DNA from: Pelomyxa schiedti | Lineage: Eukaryota; Protista; Evosea | Assembly: GCA_020536535.1 (NCBI GenBank) | Contig: JAHLWZ010000694.1 | Location: 22,406-86,405 of the forward strand | Direction of reading: 5' to 3' | Length of the DNA stretch: 64,000 nucleotides | Part shown: piece after piece, positions 12,050 through 22,266 of the stretch | How positions within the stretch are numbered: position 1 is the first letter of the stretch | How the letters are laid out: each line of letters begins with the position of its first letter | Made by a program: the position numbers and the translations under genes | The notes under the pieces: generated by a model | What the model was told of the DNA's origin: nothing | The model's input: the letters and a program-made list of their open reading frames with translations, nothing else | Databases searched by the model: none

Positions 12050-12214
12050 GTCAGTTTTTTTTTTTTTTGAGTTGGGCGGTTTCCAGTTCCAAGCAAATTG
12101 GTGGTTTGGAATTCCACCTTACTTCTACAAATGAGATAGAAGAGACAAGAAAAATGGAGTAAAAACAATATTGTTGTTTATTACAGTAATCAACACAAAG
12201 AAAAGAGGGAGAGT

Positions 12215-14565
12215 TTAGCAGCCCTCGGCGACGTGTACCAGCTCAGATACCGTCGCCTCGTGCGCGGGAGACACAGCGACAATGACTCCTTTGTCTGGTT
12301 CGCGAGCTTCTGCTATCTCTGGCTCGGTGAAAACTTCCATGAATGAGTCCATGAACTTGGGCCCATAGACCCAGTGGATGTCCTTCGCGCCAGTGAAGCC
12401 ATTGAAGCTGTAAGAGCGTCAGAAGTTTAACAAAAAGCAACGCTGGAACAAACCTGCTATGAGCCGCCGTAGTGTAAGCACCCATGTTCTCAAAGTAAAG
12501 GTAGTCTCCAATTCCCAGTTCCGGCAACATGGCCTCCTTGGTAATGCAATCAAGGCTGTCGCAAGTAGGCCCAAAGATCATCGTAGGATAAAGCTTTGTG
12601 TTGTCAATACCAGGCCTCGGGAGGACTTTAGGTTCAGGGTGCTGGTGATCAAAGAAAATGCAGTTGAATGACTGGTAAACCCCATCTGAAATGTAGTAGA
12701 TGAAACGGGCAGGCGCCCCAGTAACGTCACGAACAACTCTGCGGGCAAAGATATTGCACGCAAGGGTATGTGACTTCATAGCAAAATAGCGGCCAGGCTC
12801 TGCCATAAACTCGGTACCAGCAGGGAAACGCTCGAGAACTGGAATCAGTACTTGAGCAATCTGTGAAAGTGTAGGCGTGTCGTGATCAGTCCCTTGGAAG
12901 CCTCCACCAATGTCTAGCACTTTCATTTCGATACCAAGTTCAGCAGCCCACTAATGCGGAATTAGAAAAACGGAACAAAAGGAACTTTCAACAAACCTTG
13001 AACACTTGCAACGCGTCAGAAGCGGATTGAGCAAACGCATTAGGATCCCCACATCCGGATCCAACATGGAAGCTCACCTGATTAAAGAGTGTCAAGAGAC
13101 TGGGCAGGCAAGAGTCAGAAACAAAAATATATTTTGTTTCGGGAAATTGGAGATATTCGGCTATATTTTTTTGACAAAAAAAAAGATAGCAAAAAAATAA
13201 ACCTGTGAAGGGAGAGAGAAGATATTTTTTTATAAGGAGGCTGTAGTTATTTCCAACTGAGAATAATTGATTCAAACGGAGAATATTTTGGGGAGAAATG
13301 TAGGTATTATGATATGAAGGATCAATTGGACTACAGCCATCAAAAAAAATATCGGTAAGGAACAATGAAGTGATTATGTGAGCTTTACACCCATCGATTT
13401 GAAGGATATAAGGTCCACTACATACCAACCAAATAATAACCACCCTCGGTATGAGAGTAAGGATATTATAAGGAGAGGAAAGACGCACCCCTTTGGTCCA
13501 GGCACAGCACAGCCCCAATCTACAAAAAAAAGGCGGGAGAACATTGATATATGGGAGAAAGTAGGCACAACAGCAATAAGCCGAGGGAGTAAACAGAATA
13601 TGTTAGGGGGCTGTACTGTGTCCAGAGCCAAAGGGGCCAGCTAGTACACCAAGTAACCCATCATCACAAATAAAGTGATAATGGATAGGGAATGGATCAT
13701 ACCCCAATCAGATTGAGATCCAACTCAACAGCCAACCTTGTAAGGGGTAAGAAGAACAATAAGCGTGCAACAGAAACTCACTTCAGAAGAGCGGGCACAT
13801 CTTTCATAGAGGCTCCAAACTTCACACTGAAGCGGCACAGTGAGTGGGAATCATCAGTGATGATACGTAAAATCAACTCGGCATCAGGATACAAGCGAGC
13901 AATTTTGCGCATCTCATCGGCGTTGTCAAATGTCATCCTTTTCACCTCGACTTCGCGAGCATGCATGATCTGCGACTCCATTTTGCACGGATTTGCAAAC
14001 ACAATTCTTCGTGTGCTAACACCCATTCCCAGAATAGAATCAATCTCGTTCTTGCTAGCGCAATCAAATCCGGTGCCCAGCCTGGCCAAGGTATGGAGAA
14101 CCCCGGGGTTTGGATTGCACTTCACAGCTGAAGGACAAAGTTAAAATAATAAAAGTAGGACAAGTCGAATACCGTAGTACGGAACTACCATCGGCAAAGT
14201 CGCGCGCCACTGGCGATATTTTTCAACGATCGTCTCCAAGTTGACGACGTAAAAAGGATTGCGGTGTTCGGCGTAAGCGGATTCGACTTTGCGTNNNNNN
14301 NNNNNNNNNNNNNNNNNNNNNNNNNNNNNNNNNNNNNNNNNNNNNNNNNNNNNNNNNNNNNNNNNNNNNNNNNNNNNNNNNNNNNNNNNNNNNNGTAGTA
14401 CGGAACTACCATCGGCAAAGTCGCGCGCCACTGGCGATATTTTTCAACGATCGTCTCCAAGTTGACGACGTAAAAAGGATTGCGGTGTTCGGCGTAAGCG
14501 GATTCGACTTTGCGTGTGATGATTGTCTCGGTGCTATCGTGCGATTCGGCAGAAGAGAGTGACAT
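12215..14565 (-). CDS. ODC1: ornithine decarboxylase (PLP-dependent, fold type III)
   Basis: PFYVVNL, PYY|AVKCNP (PLP lysine), GFDCASKNE, FANPCK, TFDN, KFGA, IG|VSFHVGSG, LDIGGGF, AEPGRYF, FGPTCDSLD, ENMGAYT, SFNGF; TAA at 12215-12217. Confidence 0.97.
13078..13702 (-). promoter_or_regulatory. unusually long structured ODC intron containing three hairpins and a putative 94-nt poison cassette exon (13426-13519)
   Basis: GT donor at 13702 and AG acceptor at 13078 join ...IG|VSFHVG. Inverted repeats at 13488-13516/13607-13636, 13367-13447 and 13239-13338. Cryptic U8GUAG| acceptor and |GUAUGU donor. Confidence 0.6.
14295..14394. other. 100-N scaffold gap with a ~121-nt flank duplicated on both sides (14174-14294 = 14395-14515)
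   Basis: The same ODC exon-1 segment lies on both sides of the Ns. Confidence 0.9.
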
Positions 14566-14983
14566 CTTTCTTTCGGTTTCGGTTGGTGTGTTGCAACGAT
14601 TAACGGAGTGCTGTGCTCTTGAGCTTGACGGTACGAAAGCGACTTGCTTGTGTGTCTTGTCTTTTAGGTTGTAGTGGTTGTAGTTGGCTTTGTTTTGTTA
14701 AAGATGAAGGGTTGTTGCGGCTTGTCTTGCGGGTACGAACTTTTCTTTTGTTGTTTTTTTATTTGTCACAGATCAACGTCAAACGGTTTATAAATGCCAA
14801 CAAGGCAGGTAAATTAATTGCTTCTAGAAGGCTTAGAAGTCTCCGATCTGCGAAAAATGACAGTGAGCAACTGCCGCCTTACCTAAAAGAAACGCACCAA
14901 GAAAAGTTGATTATCATCTTGTTGCCTTCTTGGAACTACTTTCACGGTGATGACCGGTGACCGTTTTTAGACTAGGAGACTTT

Positions 14984-17509
14984 CTAGTCCTCGTGGCGGC
15001 GTTTGTGCTTTGATGATTCGTGGTCGCGCTTGTGCTTGTGTTTGTGATTGTGATTGTGCTTGTGTTTGTGACTATGCTTGTGCTTATGATGATGAGGGTG
15101 GTGTTTGTGCTTGGGTGTGGTTGATTTGCTTGGTTTGGTTTTCTGGGTGTGTTTCGTCTTGGTTGGGGGAGAGCGGGATGCCGGCTTAGCTTTGTAACTG
15201 CTGTCAGAGGAGAACTCTGATTTGCTGCTGTCACTGTCACCGCCGGGATCAGACGCGCTTGGTGATTTCTTTTTGGGCGTCGTGTCTTTCTTCTTCCCTG
15301 GTTTGGTGGCTTTCCCTTTCTTCGATCGGCATTTGGAGGAAGCTGTGCCAAAGTCAGAGTCTGAGGAAGATTCCGAGGATGACGAGGATGAGGATGAGGA
15401 GTGACTTGAGGGTTTCTTGATTTTTGAGGATGGGCAGAACAATTCCTCAGGAGGGCAGACAGGTAGCTTGGCTTTGTCTTCGGTACTTATGGCTTCCATT
15501 TTAAAGTCACTCATAAACACAGAGCCAAGAGGGATCCAGTCAAACGCAGTTGTCTTTACATAGTATTCACATGGGCCATCGCATCCTTTGTATTTCTCAT
15601 ACCATTGAACCAGAACTTCGTCAGAATGGCCTTGCGTGGCTTTGCAATCTGGCAATACAGCTTCGTTGGGTGCTGAGGCAGTTTCTACTTTAATTGTTGG
15701 CTTCGAATCTTCAGTACTAGGTCTAGGTTTTTTTTCTGCTGGGGCAGTGTAGAATCGCACTACAGAAGCAAGCCAATACTTTTCTGCTGAACCTGGAGCG
15801 GGGTGACAAGCTATAGCACCTCCAATGGTTATAGTGCACGTGTGCCTTCTTTTGCGGATGGTAACACTCTGGCTTTGGTCAGTCTTACGCTTTGCTCCTG
15901 GAGAGGTGGAACTGGTCTGTGTTGTTTCAATGGTTTCACATGTGGTTTCACTTGGATTCGTTCCAGTAGGAGGCTTTGTTTCGACTTGATTTGGTGCAGG
16001 AGGCGGGTCTGGGGGAGCGGAAACAGTCTCAACTTCGGGGGAGCCTTGGCTTTCTGAACCAGCATCTTTACTGTCACTGGGGGAATTGACGGCAGACTGC
16101 GGGGATAAAGCTGCGCTCCCTGATTTTCCCTCTAGGAAAATTCAAAATGTGAGAATTAGTCTGCATGAAAAAATCGTCTTGGTACTTTTGTAATGAGACT
16201 GTATCAGGAAGTGGGCAACAGATGTGAATCCCATAACACTCAATTGGGAGGGAAAAATAGGGCCTAGCATTTTAATCAGTATATTATATTCTAACAACTT
16301 TTTCAATATTTTGGATGCAATCATTCACCTGTAGGACGCAAGTGGTTTTTATTCCGACAAATACTGCAGTTGCATATATTGCGGCATGGGGGACACAACC
16401 ATTTTGGATCCTGGAGTGCTTCCCACAGATTTTCACCGTACCGGTGCCATAAACAAGCGCCACAGAATTGTCCTCTGGTGCTCTGCCTCTGTTTTTGAGA
16501 TTGTGTTACAAGTTACTGCACGCAGTACCGGGGTGCAGGAAGAACAGCGTGTTTTCTTGCAGATAGTTTTTTGCCTGCACTGGTGGCAAGTTGTTCCTCG
16601 GAGATACTTCTTAGACAATAAACCCTAACAAGTTTGGAAGATACCATGTACAGGATCATGTTGTCTGCCTTCTTTCTTAGAATCGTTAAAAGGGACAGTA
16701 GCTTTTCCCAAGGAAGTCTGGTACGTTTGGGTAAGTACAGTGAAATACGTGGAACGTGGATATAGTACAAGATGCCGGTCTGTGTAACTCTCTGCAAGAC
16801 TGTCCCTGGGTATTTCTTCCTTTTCGTCACTATCAGTGTCCTTGCCACTGTAATCACTATCTGAATGTTTGCTTGCTGTGCTTGCTGACCTTAGGGGATA
16901 AGTCCTCATGGGGCCTGATGCACGGCGCTATAAGGGATTGAAAACAAATTCCAGTTAGTGAGTTAAATGGAAAGAAGCAGCCTAATAATAGGGGAAGGGA
17001 GATAGGTGACACAAAAATCAATAAGTAGTTTGTAATCAAAAATAAAAGAAGAAACCCCTTTTTTTGGTTTTTTTTTTCCCCCTAACCTGTGTTCTTGGTG
17101 CTCTCGGTTTTGCCCCGCGCAGTGCTGCAGTTGGCACCAAATTGGCGCCGCCATTTCCAAACAACTCTTTCATCACAGCCCTGTTTCGTTGAATGTTGGA
17201 CTCACGGCGCTTGGATATCTCTGCATCACTCACGTCCGAGGACGACGAGGACGAGGCTGATGAGGAGGAGGAGGAGGAGGAGGAAGAAGACGACGAGGGT
17301 GACGATGCTTTTTTGTCGTCATCCGTACTGGTTTCGTCAACGCGTGGTGATTTTGCTTTGGCTTTGACAGGAACTTGTGGGATGACGTCCGTGTGCTCGC
17401 TTGGCGGGATCTCGACGTCAGCGTGTTCCGTTGCAATAGGGCCCACCTCTTCCGCTTTGACACGAACAGTATCGCCCAGTTCTGGCTCCTTTTTGACCTT
17501 AGTTCCCAT
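14984..17509 (-). CDS. CDCA7: CDCA7-like zf-4CXXC_R1 zinc-finger chromatin protein with a Ser/Lys/His-rich tail
   Basis: [16 protein letters not shown] helix; spliced [50 protein letters not shown], followed by GFTSVAHFL. Confidence 0.8.
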
Positions 17510-17772
17510 CGCCAAGCGCTGGTTATTGCGAAGAAGCAAAAAGGGAAAAAAAAAAACCAAGGCGCCAGATCCTAGTTTCCGCGAAGAAAGCCACCCGGAG
17601 TGGCTTGGCTATGGAACGGAATCGTAGATCTCAAGGGCTGGCCTAATTGGACCGTAGCCACTGGCAGCGCAGAGTGGCAGCACCAGAGAGTGATGTCCCT
17701 CAAAACGAGTTGTGCCTGAACGAAATCGGGTCGTTTCTCGAAAGGGAACAAAAAATAAGCCCGAAGTGGTGA

Positions 17773-20700
17773 ATGTCGTCCCGCAGGAAAAAAGCAACGA
17801 GCCAACCACAGACCAACGCAACGCCCCCGTCCACGCCGTCCCATAATGTTGCCGTGGCACCCGGCTCGCCTTCAGTCGGTTCCACGCCAGGCGGCTCCCC
17901 CGAACATCAGCACCAGCAGCAGCAACAGCAACAGCAACATCAAAATCAAAATACAAACCAAACTCACATGCAACAACAACAGCAACCCAATTCCACTGCC
18001 AACACAAGCAACACTCTGTTGGGGAGCAATAACAACAGCAACCAATCTCCGAATCTCATGTCGCAACCGTCACCGCAAATGCAACTGCTGCAGGGGCCTG
18101 CGCTGCAGCAACAAAACGCACCGCCGTTATCGCAGGCGATAGTTGCGTCTACGTCAATACCGATGCAATCAATTCCGACAATGTCGTTTGGTTTAAGCAG
18201 CACCCCTACTGAGGGTTCAGATTTGTGGTCGCAGTATATCGGCTATCTTGACCATGAAATTTCTAGTGCTGTGTTGGACCCATCTTCGAGGTTTGTTTCT
18301 ATTTGAAAAAAAAAAAAAATTTGGTTTGTTAAATATATCCGGTAGATTATGTGACAGTATTGACTGGGAAACCGGGAAAAAGCGATCAAACTGCCGCCAC
18401 AAAGTTTGCTACTTTGCACACAGCTGGGATATGTTGCAGCCACCACGGGCCAGTGTTGATGTGCATGCAAGAGAATATGGTTCTATTCCAATTTCATTTT
18501 ACTTGAAGTTGCAGAATAGAGAACCCAAAATCCGTACTACATTGGCGTACTGTTATCCAACCAAGTGAGCTAACTTCTTGTGCTTTCTCATCTCACATAA
18601 ATAGATATACTGCTCACCTCATAGAGGCAGCTAAAAAAGGAGTAGCACCCACCTATCCTCATAGTAGCGTTTGTAAAATTTGGGCTACACATAGAGGAAA
18701 GTGTCACAAATGGTCCAATTGTGTTTGGGTGCATTTACCATTCGAGCTGATCGACCAATTCCGACATAGTGCAAATTGCTTATTCGGCCGTAATTGTGTT
18801 CTTTTACCCAACTGCAAATATGTACATCCTCCAAATAGCCCTAGTGCTCCTCCAGATGTGCAGTGCTTTGGTGGTAGCGAGCTTGTAACTGTAGTAGAGA
18901 CGGATTCAAACAACAATCAGACAAGAAGAGAAGTACCTATGAACACTATAATGAAGACGCTTCACACAGAACAAGCCGTTGTGCGAAAACAGGAGTTATA
19001 TCTCTGCCCCAATATGTCATTTTGTGACGACTGGCATAACTGTCTTTATGTTCATATTCACCCAGATAGAAGACGTGAAATATTCGGCTTACCTATTCCT
19101 CAACCGCTCTCATCTCCAAATGTCTGGAATGTACAAACTAAAACGCAATCTAAACACAACGCACCACCTCTTCAATCACAACCACAATCCCAAGTCCAGC
19201 TTCAATCACAAACTCAGCCTCAAGTACAATCTCAGACTCAAATGCAACTGCAGACTTCACCTCAACTTCAACCCCAGTCACAATCGATTCAGCAGTATCA
19301 ACAAATTCCGCTCTTGAATAAAGGTCCTTCACAACCAACCCAACCCCAACCACAGACACAGCCCCAATCCCCAGTTCAACCCCCTCAAACCCCACCACAA
19401 AATCCAATACAAACTCCCTCTCAAGTTCCACCTCAGATTTCTAATCAAAATCAGGCCCAGTCTCAATTACCACATATGGTTATGTTCATGCAAACACAGC
19501 CTCATCTAATTCCACCTCTTTCCCCTCAACATGTGAATAATCTTCACATTGACTCCCAAATGCACAATCACCAACACGTTTCACCAACCTTGCGAATGCA
19601 ACTGACACCCCCCCTTTCCTCTCTTCTACTGGCACCGCAGCTCCACATGCTTCAACAATCCGCTACTTCTTCCTCTCAACAAACTGCAGTGCCACTCACA
19701 AATCAGCCTTCAAATCATTTACCGCTATCTCAGGCGCAAGCCCCTATATTGATGATGTCAAACCAGCTTCAAATGCAAGGAAGGGTTACTAACCAAGCAA
19801 GACCGTTGGCCCCTCCATCACAGCTCCAGCAGGCCACACAGCAAGTACAATCTCAGTCACAAGCAGGATCCCAATCACAATCCCGTTCGCCCCAACTGCA
19901 GGCACAGCAGTCACCACGATCACAGCCACAGCAGCCACATATTCAGCTGCAGCATTACCAGCACCCCCAGCAGACTCAATCCTCTTCTAGTCCACCACAA
20001 CCATCTCCACAACTCCCTCAGCCACATTCTCCATCCCCCCCTACTCTGTTTCATCCGATTGCTCAATATCCCACGTCGCATTTAGGGAAACTTGAATCAC
20101 CACCAAACACACCAACATCGCCAAAGCGCACAGATCTTCGAAGCATGCTTAGTCTCCCTGACTGGGAGGGGGAATACAAAGATAACTTCGAAACCAAAAC
20201 TGAACTTCTTGAAAGTAAGTTGCTGGTGCCTTTCGTTCCTTCATCCAACCGTTACCGAAGACAGCTTCAAGAAATGGTTAAGGTAAACTCCCACTACACA
20301 ACCAAGACGTTCCTCACCACTATTTAGAGGGGAATCTATTCATCTCTAGGTGCCGAAAATCAACGTATCCTCTGGCATCCTTCTTTTGAAATAGAGCGGG
20401 ATGAAAACTTTAAGGTTTATCTTGGTATAAGAGAAGAAGATAGCACAGAGGTTGCATTGAAGGTTGATGATCTTAGAGCAGTATTTGAGAATAATATTTC
20501 CCTCTCAGTATTTCCCACCACAACCTGTTGATTATCCCGCTTCTGAACAAATGTTTACCGCGGAAGTGAAGGAGTTCCTGCTCCGGCACTCGCTATCTGG
20601 TGTTCGACATCACTATTCATTTATTCAAAATACAACTGTTCTCGATGCACCTGGATTCAGAGTCAAAGTTGCTCAAAGAGCCCTTGTTCTGGAATTAATG

Positions 20701-22156
20701 GAAGGGTCACTTATAGGTCAACCCTTCTTTACAGCCTGTACTCATATTAACTAGATGTTGTTGATATGTGGAAACAAGACAAGTTATTTGGTACACCACT
20801 TCATTTGCAAAGTGTACGATATATTATTGGCTCTGTATTGACTACGTTACGGGAATTGTGGCAGGAACTTTTTTCCACTCCTAATTATCATTTATGCTCG
20901 AACAACTACTGCATCCATCGCGATATTAAGTATTGACCTCTTTATATCTCTCGTTCTCACAACCTCAATTTAGGCCCGCAAATATTTTTGTTGATGTAAA
21001 CAGAAAAATTAAGCTGATAGATTTCCGGTCTTCTCGAGTTTCTATGAGTGACTTGGTACTCCTCTACTGTTATCTACCTGTGTAACATGATTGCAGAACG
21101 TTGGAAGAACATCCTCTGTCTCTCCCACGTTGACAAAAATTTATGCAAGTCCGGAATCCATTGATGCTTCGAGTGCATCAAGTGATTTATTCTCTGTTGG
21201 CTTAATATTGTATTACCTCCTCACTGGTGAGGAAGATTGGGGATCTTCTGGGGACGCAGCTACCAAAGAAGATTCCTCTGTACAGAAATTCAGTAAATTA
21301 CCTGGATGTTGCATTTCCAAGTGTGTTACGGATTTTTTTTTTTTTTTTAAATACGTTAATACCCCATCTCCAGGTGGCCTCAGAAAGCATATGCCGCACA
21401 TCATCTGATTTGTAACCTTGTCCAGAAGATTCCTGACGAGAGGGCGAACTATGCATCTTTGAAAAACCAGGCATTTGGTCATATACTGAGTCATCCGTTT
21501 TTTTGGTCTGATGAGCGGGTTAGTTCTTTTTTCTTCGGTTTTCCCTCCTTTGTTACCTAACCTAACGTTCTTAGTCTTTAGCCTTTCTTGTGCTACTGGG
21601 AAATTGTAAAACGGACTTCTTTGATACTGCTGTGGCTGTAGTCCTGTATTTTTCCTTCTCTCTTCTTTTTAACTGACTTTTACAACCAAACAAGAATCAA
21701 AGATGCCAACAGTGAAAACTGGCTTGACGCAATAAAAAATAAAGAGATTCATGCCTATGCACACAAGTGGGCAACACAATCTACAACCAAAGCAAAAGCT
21801 CGGCTATCGCATTCTTCGTCACTTCTCGTTGTCATACGGAAATTATATCAGAATTCTGCACTTTTGGAACAACCACTAGTGCATGTTTTGACATCGAATT
21901 ATAACTATTTCCTAATGCAGTTTCCATCTCTTGTGGTAAGCCAGCGTTCTTTCCCTTCCTCCCTCACTCCCACCCGAAAAATCCCAGCCCAGTTCGTCCC
22001 CACTAAATCACAATTCCAACATATTCACAGGTGACCCTATGGGAACACTGCCACAAGAACAGTTTTGGTCCGCACTGCGACAATGTAGTATCTCCACTCC
22101 TCAACATGCCCTATGCACCATCCTTAGACATTGGTGCGGAGCACGAGTGGTTCTAA
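17773..22156 (+). CDS. soluble CCCH zinc-finger + Q/P-rich linker + IRE1/RNase L-like kinase + KEN domain protein
   Basis: Four C-C-C-H clusters (e.g. CLFGRNCVLLPNCKYVH, CPNMSFCDDWHNCLYVH). Kinase motifs EVALK, LVLELMEGSL, IHRDIK|PANIF, LIDFR, YASPE, SDLFSVG, HPFFW. KEN-like region NWLDAI...LLVVIRKLYQN...YFLMQFPSLV|VTLW. TAA at 22154-22156. Confidence 0.8.
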
Positions 22157-22266
22157 TTTTAAATAACAAAACAAAATTCTGTGGCACTTTTCGTTTTACC
22201 CACTTTGTTGTTCAACAAGTTTTTACATTTAAAAAACAAAAATAAGAAAAAAATTGATTTACGCCG

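Noticed and set aside
13660-13675. Box C-like GUGAUGA near the ODC intron 5' end (C/D snoRNA?)
   Set aside because: The next CUGA is more than 500 nt away at the branch-point region, with no terminal stem.
14174-14515. Apparent duplicated ODC exon
   Set aside because: Same gap-flank artefact; not biological.
17595-17665. Short hairpin (TGGCTATGG/CCGTAGCCA) in the CDCA7/kinase divergent promoter
   Set aside because: Only ~9 bp with no tRNA or snoRNA motifs; compatible with chance.
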